Origin: Dehalococcoidia bacterium
Lineage (GTDB): Bacteria > Chloroflexota > Dehalococcoidia > Lucifugimonadales > UBA3495
Direction of reading: 5' to 3'
DNA length: 64,000 bases
NCBI GenBank assembly: GCA_965204905.1
Contig: OZ242042.1
Location: forward strand, 1,282,778 to 1,346,777
Numbering within the stretch: the stretch's first letter is position 1; the number at the start of each line of letters is the position of its first letter. Under the pieces are notes generated by a model that saw only the letters and a list, made by a program, of their open reading frames with translations, searched no databases and had not been told where the DNA came from. Shown one piece after another: positions 26,479 through 35,662 of this stretch. The position numbers and the translations under genes are program-made.

Positions 26479-26528
26479 GACGGAGAAGTGCGCGGGGATG
26501 ACGAGGGTAAGTTGAAGGACGATTAGCG

Positions 26529-27047
26529 ATGCAGCTTGCCCTGTTCATTATCGTGGCAATCTTCACTATCGGCGGCGCGTTGGGCGTGGTGGCTACTCGC
26601 AACGTAGTCCACGCCGCCCTGTTCCTGCTGCTTTCCCTGTTGGGAGCCGCCGGCGCCTATCTGCTGTTGTTCGCCGAATTCCTGGCTCTGGTGCAGGTAT
26701 TGATTTATGGCGGCGCGATCACCATCGTCGTGCTGTTTGCCGTGATGCTGACCCGTTCGTCTGAGTACCCACGCATCACCGACAACAAGCAGTGGCCACT
26801 GGCTTTGCTCACGGCGGCGGCGCTGTCCGGGGTGCTGGGAGCAGCGTTCTGGCTCGCCCCTGAGGTTGTTGCCGAACCACAGGCGCCCGTCTTTAGCGAA
26901 CTGGCGGCATCGTTGTTCACCAAGTGGGCCTTGCCTTTTGAGATAGCCTCGCTGGTGCTGCTGGTCGCCTTGATCGGAGCAATCATCATCGCCCGCGCCC
27001 AGAACGTTGACGCACCCACCGATGCGTCATCGGATGGCGAGGGTTAG
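26529..27047 (+). CDS. nuoJ: NADH-quinone oxidoreductase subunit J
   Basis: 172-aa hydrophobic ORF (NVVHAALFLLLSLLGAAGAYLLLFAEFLALVQVLIYGGAI). Confidence 0.9.
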   Translation: MQLALFIIVAIFTIGGALGVVATRNVVHAALFLLLSLLGAAGAYLLLFAEFLALVQVLIYGGAITIVVLFAVMLTRSSEYPRITDNKQWPLALLTAAALSGVLGAAFWLAPEVVAEPQAPVFSELAASLFTKWALPFEIASLVLLVALIGAIIIARAQNVDAPTDASSDGEG

Positions 27048-27054
27048 CCGGGCC

Positions 27055-27375
27055 ATGGTTCCGCTGCTGTATTTCCAGCTCCTGGGAGCGGCCCTGTTTG
27101 GCATTGGCCTTTATGGGGTTCTGGCGCGCCGCAGCGCGGTCCTGATTGTCCTGTCCATCGAGTTGATGCTGAACGCGGTCAACATCAACCTGATTGCCGC
27201 CGCTTCCTACCTAAATGGCATTGGTCGATTCGATGCGTTTGACGGCCAGATAATCGCCATCTTCGTCATCACCGTGGCGGCTGCGGAGGTCGGCCTGGCC
27301 TTCGCCATTATCCTTCGGATGTACCGGAACCGCGGCACTGTCAACGTTGACGAAATCAACATTCTGAAGTGGTGA
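27055..27375 (+). CDS. nuoK: NADH-quinone oxidoreductase subunit K
   Basis: Start moved to ATG 27055 (GAGGG SD, 7 nt after the nuoJ stop). LGAALFGIGLYGVLARRSAVLIVLSIELMLNAVNIN. Confidence 0.9.
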   Translation: MVPLLYFQLLGAALFGIGLYGVLARRSAVLIVLSIELMLNAVNINLIAAASYLNGIGRFDAFDGQIIAIFVITVAAAEVGLAFAIILRMYRNRGTVNVDEINILKW

Positions 27376-27376
27376 T

Positions 27377-29308
27377 ATGCCGCTGGCCTTTCTGATTCCC
27401 GTATTTTCGTTCGTCGCCTGTCCGCTGATCATCCTGTTCCAGCGCTGGCTGCCCGGGCGCGGCGCGCCTTTGGCCATCCTGGCGATTGGCGGCGGATTCG
27501 TCGTATGGGCGCTGGCCACTATCGGATTCCTGGGCGCATCACCGGATAACCCGGCTTGCGACGTGAGCACCATCACCGGCGCGCTGACCTGCCATTTCAG
27601 CACCGATTGGTTCACGGCGGGAGTGCCTGGCGAGCAAATCACAGATGTGATCCATCTCGATTGGGGTATCCTGATTGACCCGCTGACCATCGTACTGCTG
27701 GGCCTGATTACCTTCGTTGCCCTGGGCGTGCAGCTCTATTCGCTGGAGTACATGAAGGGTGATCCGCGGTTCGGCTGGTACTACGCTTGGCAGGCGCTGT
27801 TCGTGGCCGCGATGTTGACGCTGGCGTTGGCCGACAATTTCCTCTTGTTATACATCGCCTGGGAACTGGTGGGCCTGTGCTCGTACCTGCTCATCGGGTT
27901 CTGGTTTGAGCAGCCGGGGCCGCGGGAGGCGGCGAAAAAAGCCTTCGTGGTGACGCGCATCGGCGACGTGGGCTTGCTGGTTGGCATCCTGCTGCTGTGG
28001 CTCAACGTGGGCAGCTTCAGCATGACCGAGGCTTTTGCGGCGGTGGAGTCTGGGGCGATAGGCTCCGGGACGACCACGGCCATCGCTATCCTGCTGCTGC
28101 TGGGCGCGATGGGCAAATCGGCGCAGTTTCCGTTCCACGTGTGGCTGCCGGACGCCATGGAGGGGCCTACGCCGGTTAGCGCGTTGATCCACGCCGCCAC
28201 CATGGTCATTGCCGGCGTGTACCTGGTGGCGCGCGCCTATCCCATATTCGCCGCGTCTCCCGAAGCATTGCTGATTATCGCAATCATCGGAATCATCACC
28301 GCCCTGGGCGCGGCCACCATCGCCCTGGTGTCCACCGACCTCAAGCGCATCCTGGCCTATTCCACGGTGTCCCATCTGGGCCTGATGATGCTGTCGCTGG
28401 GCGCGCTGGGCTGGACGGCGGCGGTGTTCCATCTGATGGCACATGGCTTCGCCAAGGCCCTGCTGTTCCTGGGGGCGGGCAGCGTGATGCACGGCGTGGG
28501 CGCGCACGGCGACGTGGACATCCGCAGGGTTGGCGGACTGCGCCGGGCCATGCCGTTGACGGCGACGGTGTTCAGCATCGGCGCGCTGTCGCTGGGAGGC
28601 ATACCGATACTGTCCGGCTTCTGGAGCAAGGACGAGATCCTGCTGTCCGTCTCTCACCACCTGCCGGCCATCTTCATCGTGCTGGCGTTTTTGACGGCGT
28701 TCCTGAGCGCGCTTTACATGGCTCGGGCCATGTTCGTCGTGTTCTTCGGAGCGGAAGGAGAGGACAGCCACCACGCCCACGAGTCGCCGATTTTGATGAC
28801 CGGGGTGCTGTCCGTGCTGGCGGTGCTGGCAGTGGGGTTTGGCTGGATCGCCTTCAACTGGCCGGGGGCATTCGGCGGGTTCGGCAGCTTTGTATTTTAC
28901 GACCATGCCGAGGGGTTCCACTTTAATCCCTTGATCGCCGCGCTGTCCGTTGTGCTTGCCGTTGCCGCATTTGCGCTGGCCTGGCTGGTGTACGTGCGGC
29001 GAGGCTGGTCGCACGAATCGGTGCGGGCCAGGTTAGCCCCGGTTTTGTGTGTCGTGGAGAACCGCTACTACATTGATGAGACGTACCAGTGGGTCATTGA
29101 CCGGGTGGTGCTCACGGTGTCGGCGGCGTTGGCGTTCTTCGACCGGGCGGTGGTCAACGACGTGGGAATCAACGGCCCGGGCGATGTGGTGCGCAGAGTC
29201 GGTGTAGCCCTGCGGCTGCACGTTACCGGCCACGTGTATTCGTATGCGCTGGTGGTTGCCCTCGGCGTCATCGCGCTGGCGATTTTCTGGTGGCTGCGGT
29301 CGGTATAG
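27377..29308 (+). CDS. nuoL: NADH-quinone oxidoreductase subunit L
   Basis: 643-aa antiporter-like subunit (GKSAQFPFHVWLPDAMEGPTPVSALIHAATMV). Confidence 0.95.
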   Translation: MPLAFLIPVFSFVACPLIILFQRWLPGRGAPLAILAIGGGFVVWALATIGFLGASPDNPACDVSTITGALTCHFSTDWFTAGVPGEQITDVIHLDWGILIDPLTIVLLGLITFVALGVQLYSLEYMKGDPRFGWYYAWQALFVAAMLTLALADNFLLLYIAWELVGLCSYLLIGFWFEQPGPREAAKKAFVVTRIGDVGLLVGILLLWLNVGSFSMTEAFAAVESGAIGSGTTTAIAILLLLGAMGKSAQFPFHVWLPDAMEGPTPVSALIHAATMVIAGVYLVARAYPIFAASPEALLIIAIIGIITALGAATIALVSTDLKRILAYSTVSHLGLMMLSLGALGWTAAVFHLMAHGFAKALLFLGAGSVMHGVGAHGDVDIRRVGGLRRAMPLTATVFSIGALSLGGIPILSGFWSKDEILLSVSHHLPAIFIVLAFLTAFLSALYMARAMFVVFFGAEGEDSHHAHESPILMTGVLSVLAVLAVGFGWIAFNWPGAFGGFGSFVFYDHAEGFHFNPLIAALSVVLAVAAFALAWLVYVRRGWSHESVRARLAPVLCVVENRYYIDETYQWVIDRVVLTVSAALAFFDRAVVNDVGINGPGDVVRRVGVALRLHVTGHVYSYALVVALGVIALAIFWWLRSV

Positions 29309-29326
29309 GCCAGAACGATTCTGCGT

Positions 29327-30844
29327 ATGTGGACCAACTTCGATCAGGTATCGCTGCTGCTGCTCGTCCTCGTGCCGCTGGCCGGGGCAGTGCTGGCGAT
29401 GTTCTTGCCCAAGGACCGGCCCCGGGACGCCTGGCAGTTCGCCATATTCGTCGCAGCAATATCCTTCGTGCTGTCCGTCGTCGTGTTTCTCCGGTATGAC
29501 TATGCCATGGGTGGGGTTCAGTTCCAGCGCGCCTACGACTGGATTGACGAACCACTGAACATCAGCCTGCACTTCGGGCTGAACGGGATCGGCGCGCCGC
29601 TGGTGCTGCTCAACGGTATTGTGTTGCTGGGGGCGGTGCTGATCAGCCAGACCATCACCCGACGGACGCGGGATTTCTTCGTACTGCTGCTGGCGTTGGG
29701 ATCCGGCGTGTTCGGCGTGTTCATCGTCCGCGACCTATTTTTCCTGTTCTTCTTCTACGAGTTGGCCGTGCTTCCCATGTACCTGCTCATCGGGGTTTGG
29801 GGGAGCAGCACCGATTTCGGCACGTTCCTGCGCACGAAAGAGTACGGCGCGATGAAGCTGATGCTGGTGCTGGTGGCGGGCAGCGTGCTCATCTGGATCG
29901 GGATACTGGCGTTGTACGTGGCGTCGTCCCAAGCCGGCAGCCCCACGTTCAACATCGACACGCTGGCGGAACTGCGGGAGGGCGGCGCGTTTTCGCGTAC
30001 CCTGGAGCTGTGGGTGTTCCCGCTGTTCGCCGTGGGGTTCGGCATCCTGGCCGGCCTGTGGCCCTTCCACACCTGGTCGCCCGACGGACATGTCGCCGCG
30101 CCCACCGGGGTCAGTATGCTCCACGCCGGGGTGCTGATGAAGCTGGGCGCGTTCGGCATCATCCAGGTGGGGATGATCCTGACGCCCGTGGGCGCGGAGA
30201 TGTGGATGCCGGTGCTGATTGGCCTGGGAACCGTCAACGTAATCTACGGGGCTATATCCGCGCTGTCGCAGAATGACCTGAAGTACGTTATCGGCTATTC
30301 CAGCGTGAGCCACATGGGTTACGTGCTGATGGGCATCGCGACGCTGCACCCGGTGGGTCTGGCCGGCGCGGTGTTGCAGATGTTCTCCCACGGCATCATG
30401 ACGGCTCTCATGTTCGCCATGGTCGGGGCGATTTACGAGCGGGCGCACATCCGCGATTCGATGATCCTCAACGGTTTGATCAAGCGCATGGGCGTGACCA
30501 CGTTCTTCTTCGCCATCGCCGGCCTGGCATCGCTGGGCCTGCCCGGGCTGAGCGGATTCATCGCCGAGTTTATGGTATTTACTGGGGCGTTCCGCACCTA
30601 TCTGCCGCTGGCCGTGCTGGGGGTCATCGGCGCGGCCATCACCGCCGTGTATATCCTGCGCCTGCTGGCCCGCTCGTTCTTTGGGGAGGCTGATCCGCAG
30701 TGGGATCACCTGACCGACGCCAGCCCGATTGAGAAGGGAGTGGGCGCGGCCTTCGTCATCATCCTGATTGCCGTGGGCGTCTGGCCGGCCCCGTTGCTCA
30801 ACGTCATCAACACCGGCGTCGAAAGCGCCCTGTCCGTGTTCTAA
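29327..30844 (+). CDS. nuoM: NADH-quinone oxidoreductase subunit M
   Basis: 505-aa antiporter-like subunit (LWPFHTWSPDGHVAAPTGVSMLHAGVLMKLG). Confidence 0.95.
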   Translation: MWTNFDQVSLLLLVLVPLAGAVLAMFLPKDRPRDAWQFAIFVAAISFVLSVVVFLRYDYAMGGVQFQRAYDWIDEPLNISLHFGLNGIGAPLVLLNGIVLLGAVLISQTITRRTRDFFVLLLALGSGVFGVFIVRDLFFLFFFYELAVLPMYLLIGVWGSSTDFGTFLRTKEYGAMKLMLVLVAGSVLIWIGILALYVASSQAGSPTFNIDTLAELREGGAFSRTLELWVFPLFAVGFGILAGLWPFHTWSPDGHVAAPTGVSMLHAGVLMKLGAFGIIQVGMILTPVGAEMWMPVLIGLGTVNVIYGAISALSQNDLKYVIGYSSVSHMGYVLMGIATLHPVGLAGAVLQMFSHGIMTALMFAMVGAIYERAHIRDSMILNGLIKRMGVTTFFFAIAGLASLGLPGLSGFIAEFMVFTGAFRTYLPLAVLGVIGAAITAVYILRLLARSFFGEADPQWDHLTDASPIEKGVGAAFVIILIAVGVWPAPLLNVINTGVESALSVF

Positions 30845-30849
30845 CTACT

Positions 30850-32406
30850 ATGCCCACCGAACTGACTTCAAACCTGCATTTGCTGGCGCCGGAGTTTGCG
30901 CTGACGGCGCTGGCCTTCCTGGTGTTCACGGTGGATTTGTTCCTGCCGGAGCGCAGCAAGGAATGGCTGGCCGGGCTGTCGGTGGTCAGCCTGGTGGCGG
31001 TGATGGTGGTCGCGCTGGTGATGCGGCCGGCCGGTAGCGTGGAGCTATACGGCGGCCTGATTGTGGTGGACGACTTCGGGCTGTTCTTCAAGATCTTCTT
31101 CCTGGGGATCGGAGTGGGCATCATTGCCCTGTCGTGGGAGTACGCGCGGGACCGGTTGCAGCACCGGGGCGAGTTCTATGGGCTGCTGCTGTTCAGTATC
31201 CTGGGCATGAACCTGCTGGCGATGTCCCGTGAGTTGCTGACCGCGTATATCTCGCTGGAACTGCTCTCGTTCAGCCTGTACGTGATGGTGGCCTACGGAC
31301 TGCGAGAGGCGCGCTCGAACGAGGCCGGCATCAAGTACATCATCATCGGCGCGCTGTCGTCGGCGATCATGCTGTACGGGTTGAGCAATATCTACGCTGC
31401 CCTGGGAACGACCTACTTCTCAGGCATTGCCGCTGAACTCGCGTCGCCGGGTGCTGCGAGCCCGGTGCTGTGGGTGGGCGTGGCCCTGCTGGTGGTTGGG
31501 TTGGGGTTCAAGCTGTCCGCTGTGCCCTTCCACATGTGGGCGCCCGATGCCTACGAGGGCGCGCCGCTGCCGGTGACGGCGTATCTGGCGATAGGCTCCA
31601 AGGCGGCGGCGTTCGCGCTGACTCTGCGGCTGTTTGCCGAGGCCATCATTCCGGCGGTCAACCTGTGGGGCGAGTGGCAGTTGGTGATCGCGGTGCTGGC
31701 GGCCATTACCATGCTGCTGGGCAACCTGGTGGCGTTGGCGCAGCGCAACTTGAAACGGCTGATGGCGTACAGCAGTATCGGGCACGTGGGCTACGCGCTG
31801 GCCGGCGTCGCCGTGCTGGGCAGCGACTTCGCGCTGGCGGCCAAGGGCGTGATTTTCTACCTGGTGGTGTACGCGGTGACCAACCTGGTGGTGTTCGCGG
31901 GCATCACGGCCTACTACAACCGGGAGGGCAAGGACGACATCGCTGACCTGGCCGGCCTGGCGGACCGGCAGCCGTTCACGGCGGCGGCCATCGCCATCGG
32001 GCTATTCTCGCTGGCCGGGCTGCCGATATTTGCCGGGTTCACGGCCAAGTTCTACCTGTTCGCGGCGGTAGCCGACGGCGGGATGCTGTGGCTGGCCGGC
32101 GTCGCCATCTTCACCAGCCTGGTGTCGCTGTACTATTACCTCCAGGTGATGCGGCAGATGTACATCGAGTCGCCGGCGCATGATGCCCACGACGCGGCGG
32201 CTCACCAGGCCCATGACGAGCACGACGGCATCCACCAGCACGCCGCCCACGAAGAGCCGCCGGCGCCTCCCATGCCGCGCCCGTCGTGGCTGCTGGCCGG
32301 TACCATGGGCGTCGGGCTGCTGGTGGTGACGTGGCTGGGGGTTTATCCGAGGCCGCTGCTGGGGTTGATTGAGATGGCGAGCGCGGCGATAGTGCCGTTG
32401 GGGTAG
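30850..32406 (+). CDS. nuoN: NADH-quinone oxidoreductase subunit N
   Basis: 518-aa antiporter-like subunit (FKLSAVPFHMWAPDAYEGAPLPVTAYLAIGSKAA) with a His/Ala/Asp-rich C-terminal insertion. Confidence 0.93.
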   Translation: MPTELTSNLHLLAPEFALTALAFLVFTVDLFLPERSKEWLAGLSVVSLVAVMVVALVMRPAGSVELYGGLIVVDDFGLFFKIFFLGIGVGIIALSWEYARDRLQHRGEFYGLLLFSILGMNLLAMSRELLTAYISLELLSFSLYVMVAYGLREARSNEAGIKYIIIGALSSAIMLYGLSNIYAALGTTYFSGIAAELASPGAASPVLWVGVALLVVGLGFKLSAVPFHMWAPDAYEGAPLPVTAYLAIGSKAAAFALTLRLFAEAIIPAVNLWGEWQLVIAVLAAITMLLGNLVALAQRNLKRLMAYSSIGHVGYALAGVAVLGSDFALAAKGVIFYLVVYAVTNLVVFAGITAYYNREGKDDIADLAGLADRQPFTAAAIAIGLFSLAGLPIFAGFTAKFYLFAAVADGGMLWLAGVAIFTSLVSLYYYLQVMRQMYIESPAHDAHDAAAHQAHDEHDGIHQHAAHEEPPAPPMPRPSWLLAGTMGVGLLVVTWLGVYPRPLLGLIEMASAAIVPLG

Positions 32407-32928
32407 GTCGGGTCCGGCGGCGAGCGGTAGTTTGGGTTCATAGGCGGCTGCTCCTTTGAGGCGGTGGTTTCAATTCGGGTATCCAGTCTGCCAGAGGTGA
32501 GGGTTGCCAGGGGTTCGGGCGTTGTCAGCCCCACGGCCGCGGGGTTACGCAACTATTTGACCTACTTTTTCGTGTACTCGGTACGCCAAAGGCGTACTTG
32601 CGCGCGGGCTCGGATGGACCCGGGGACACCAGTGGGGCACGCGCCGGTGGGGAGTCAGGTCTTTGAGCGGCGTTGGCCACCTGGGCCGGTTGCGATTTAG
32701 GGTTCTGACGGGGTGGCCGTGTACGACCGGACGGATGGCTGGTTTCACCTCTGGCTGGCTGATGACTGGATTTGAAGTGCTGCACGAGGTTATGATAGCA
32801 CGGATGTTTCTATTGGTGTCAAGCGGCATTAGGCCGTGATTTTGGGATTGGCGTGATCGACAGATATTCATGGGCGGGATAGTTTCGACCTTGTGCCGTG
32901 CGCGTTGTTTGAGTATCGTCACGATGGT

Positions 32929-32957
32929 GGTGAACGCCGCGTTCACCCTTTTCTTTT
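32929..32957 (+). terminator. rho-independent terminator about 520 nt downstream of nuoN
   Basis: GGTGAAC-GCCGC-GTTCACC (32929-32947) followed by CTTTTCTTTT. Confidence 0.6.
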
Positions 32958-33083
32958 GTGAAGGTTGTTGACATGGCTACGGATATAGTCGCAAGAGGCG
33001 GGACCGCCGTTGATCCGGGGCCATACCTGGTCGGATCAAGGTGGTTGGCGAGGGCTTGACCGTGGTGATGGAGGCGGTTAGGA

Positions 33084-33113
33084 GCAAATTATTATTCGCC
33101 CCTACGCTTTGCC
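33084..33113. repeat. degenerate copy of the AGGGGCGAATAATCATTTGCCCCTACGC element
   Basis: GCAAATTATTATTCGCCCCTACGCTTTGCC; compare 44827-44856. Confidence 0.55.
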
Positions 33114-33151
33114 CGGTGATATAATTGCGGAGACCGGGAGTTGACGGGGTT

Positions 33152-33556
33152 ATGACTGTTGAAGTGCCGTTCTCATTTATCATCGCGCTGGCTGCGATTA
33201 ACAGCGGCGCGGTAGTTGCCTTAGTGGGCGTCGTGGTGTATCTGGCGCTGCGAGTGGGCCGTTTGCCGACACGCCAGGAGCACAACGAGCTTCGCAATGA
33301 GTTCAAGGGAGACTTGGTTCAGCTCCGTGAAGAGTTGAAGGCGGACAATGCCCAGCTCCGCGAAGAGTTGAAGGCGGACAATGCCCAGCTCAGGGCGGAC
33401 ATGAGGGAGGATATGGCCCAACTCCGTGAGGAATTTCGCCGCAGCCACCAGCAGATTATGCTGGCTCTGGCGAATCACTCTCACCGCGAGGACGGCCAAG
33501 CGGTGTTCACTCTGCCGCCGGAAGTTGAAACCATACCCGCTCCCGCTGATAACTAG
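33152..33556 (+). CDS. hypothetical membrane-anchored coiled-coil protein
   Basis: Internal ATG of ORF 33125..33556. A TM segment is followed by a coiled coil with a 33-nt tandem duplication (33323-33388, LREELKADNAQ x2) and a SHQQIMLALANHSH tail. TGaTATAAT (33114-33122) lies about 30 nt upstream. Confidence 0.5.
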   Translation: MTVEVPFSFIIALAAINSGAVVALVGVVVYLALRVGRLPTRQEHNELRNEFKGDLVQLREELKADNAQLREELKADNAQLRADMREDMAQLREEFRRSHQQIMLALANHSHREDGQAVFTLPPEVETIPAPADN

Positions 33557-33698
33557 GAACGCGGTTCCGAACATCTAGCTGGGCATCCGCCACCGTGTCC
33601 GCGGTGATTATCTCGCGCCGGCCGTTCAGGGGTGTCGCGCTGCGGGATTCGGCGGCCCATCATAACGACCACTTTCCATTTTCCGAGGTGATACCACG

Positions 33699-34229
33699 AT
33701 GATCATTGCAGTTATTGGGAATTTTGACCCGCCGCCGCATGTGTATGGCCTGGCGGAACAGGTCGGTAGAGAGCTGGCGCGGCGGGGCATCACCGTGGTT
33801 TGCGGAGGGCTTACCGGGGTGATGGAGGCGGTTTGCAAGGGGGCGAAGTCGGAGGGTGGGACTACCATTGGGATTCTGCCCAGCGGGTCGCCGCATACGG
33901 CCAATGAGTACGTGGATATTCCCGTCGCCACCAACATGGGCTACGCGCGGAACGTGGCGGTGGTCAGCACGGGGCGCGCAGCCATCGCCGTGGGTGGCGC
34001 TTTCGGCACGCTGTCGGAAATCGCTTACGCGCTGAGCTACGGCATTCCGGTGGTGTCGCTGAACAGCTGGCCGCTGACCCTGCGAGGCGACGGCCTGCCC
34101 GTGGGCGACGGCTATATCATCGCCGCCGACCCGGTGGACGCCGTGGACAAGGCCATCGCCGCCGCCGAAGCCCGCACCGAACCCACCGGTACCGTCGTGT
34201 TCTCGCAACCCATCAGCGGAGAAGCCTGA
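33699..34229 (+). CDS. TIGR00725-family (LOG/SLOG-like Rossmann) protein
   Basis: MIIAVIG...[31 protein letters not shown]...[16 protein letters not shown]. Confidence 0.8.
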   Translation: MIIAVIGNFDPPPHVYGLAEQVGRELARRGITVVCGGLTGVMEAVCKGAKSEGGTTIGILPSGSPHTANEYVDIPVATNMGYARNVAVVSTGRAAIAVGGAFGTLSEIAYALSYGIPVVSLNSWPLTLRGDGLPVGDGYIIAADPVDAVDKAIAAAEARTEPTGTVVFSQPISGEA

Positions 34230-35527
34230 TGCCTGAAACCACCATCTCATCCATCGTTGCCCGCGAAGCTTTGGACTCTCGCGGCAATCCCACCGTTGAG
34301 GCTGGAGTCGCCCTGTCTGATGGCAGCGTGGGGCTGGCTCTGGTTCCATCCGGCGCCAGCACCGGCAGCTACGAAGCGCTGGAGTTGCGGGACGGCGACG
34401 CGGCCCGATTCGGCGGCAGCGGGACGCTCACCGCCGTCGCCAACGTGAACGACCGCATCGCGCCGGCGCTGGCCGGAGTGTCGACCTTTGAGCAGGCCGA
34501 CGTTGACCGGCGGCTCAACGAACTGGACGGTACGGACGACAAGAGCGGCCTGGGGGCCAACGCCGTGCTGGCGGTGTCGATGGCCGTGGCGCGGGCCGCA
34601 GCGGTATCGGCGCATGGCGGTTCGCTGTGGCGGCATCTGTCGGCTGGCGGAGACGTTAGCCTGCCCGTGCCGCTATTGAACATCCTCAACGGGGGACGGC
34701 ACGCCTCCAACTCCGCGGACGTGCAGGAGTTCATGGTCGCGCCGGCTGGTTTTGACCGTTTCGCCGACGCGCTACGGGCCGGCGTGGAGATTTACCAGTC
34801 GCTGAAATCCATACTGCGCCAGGGTGGGCACAACCTGAACGTGGGCGATGAGGGCGGCTTCGCTCCGTCGCTGCCGTCCAACCGGGACGCCATTGAGGTA
34901 GTTTTGCAGGCCATCGAGACCGCCGGCTATCGGCCCGGGGAGCAGGTGTACATCGCGCTGGACGTGGCGGCGTCGGAACTGTGGAACGGCGACGCCGGAC
35001 GCTACGACCTGGAGCGGGAAGGCGTGTCGCTGACGGCCGGCGAGTTGGTGGACCTGTACGCCGGGTGGTGTAGAGAATATCCCATCATCAGCATTGAGGA
35101 CGGGCTAGACGAGGACGATTGGGACGGCTGGGCGGCCATGACCCGGCGGCTGGGCGACTCCGCGCAACTGGTGGGCGACGACCTGCTGGTGACCAACATC
35201 GGGCGGTTGCAGCGGGGCATCGCGGAGTCTGCTGGCAACGCCATCCTGCTGAAGCCCAACCAGATTGGCACGCTATCGGAGACTCGCGCCGCGCTGGATC
35301 TGGCTCGCAGCGCCGGCTGGACCGCCGTGATGAGCCACCGCTCTGGCGAAACGGAGGACACCACCATCGCCGACCTGGCGGTGGCGTGGAACGTGGGACA
35401 GATCAAGACGGGGGCGCCGGCGCGCTCGGAGCGGGTGGCCAAGTACAACCGGCTGCTGCGGATCGAGGCGGAGCTGGGTAGCGCGGCGCGGTACGCAGGG
35501 GAGGAGATGTACGCCGGGTTAGGGTGA
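34229..35527 (+). CDS. eno: enolase (phosphopyruvate hydratase)
   Basis: 432-aa [51 protein letters not shown]. The start shares 1 nt with the upstream stop. Confidence 0.97.
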   Translation: MPETTISSIVAREALDSRGNPTVEAGVALSDGSVGLALVPSGASTGSYEALELRDGDAARFGGSGTLTAVANVNDRIAPALAGVSTFEQADVDRRLNELDGTDDKSGLGANAVLAVSMAVARAAAVSAHGGSLWRHLSAGGDVSLPVPLLNILNGGRHASNSADVQEFMVAPAGFDRFADALRAGVEIYQSLKSILRQGGHNLNVGDEGGFAPSLPSNRDAIEVVLQAIETAGYRPGEQVYIALDVAASELWNGDAGRYDLEREGVSLTAGELVDLYAGWCREYPIISIEDGLDEDDWDGWAAMTRRLGDSAQLVGDDLLVTNIGRLQRGIAESAGNAILLKPNQIGTLSETRAALDLARSAGWTAVMSHRSGETEDTTIADLAVAWNVGQIKTGAPARSERVAKYNRLLRIEAELGSAARYAGEEMYAGLG

Positions 35528-35576
35528 TGCCAACGGATTGACTACTTTGCCAAACCGTCCCGCCCGGCTGTTGCGG

Positions 35577-35585
35577 TGGTATAAT
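35577..35585 (+). promoter_or_regulatory. extended -10 promoter element (TGgTATAAT) upstream of gap
   Basis: TGGTATAAT at 35577-35585, 77 nt upstream of the gap ATG. It sits in the loop of the inverted repeat GCGGTGG/CCACCGC. Confidence 0.45.
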
Positions 35586-35662
35586 CGCCACCGCCAGGCG
35601 CGCTGCGTTTCGCCTGTCCACTAGCAATTGGCCATTACTGAACTGACGGGAGGCACACCGAG

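Noticed and set aside
27848-30709. Long minus-strand ORFs 27848..29014 and 29735..30709
   Set aside because: Antisense to nuoL and nuoM. Their extremely Arg/His/Gln/Pro-rich composition is not protein-like.
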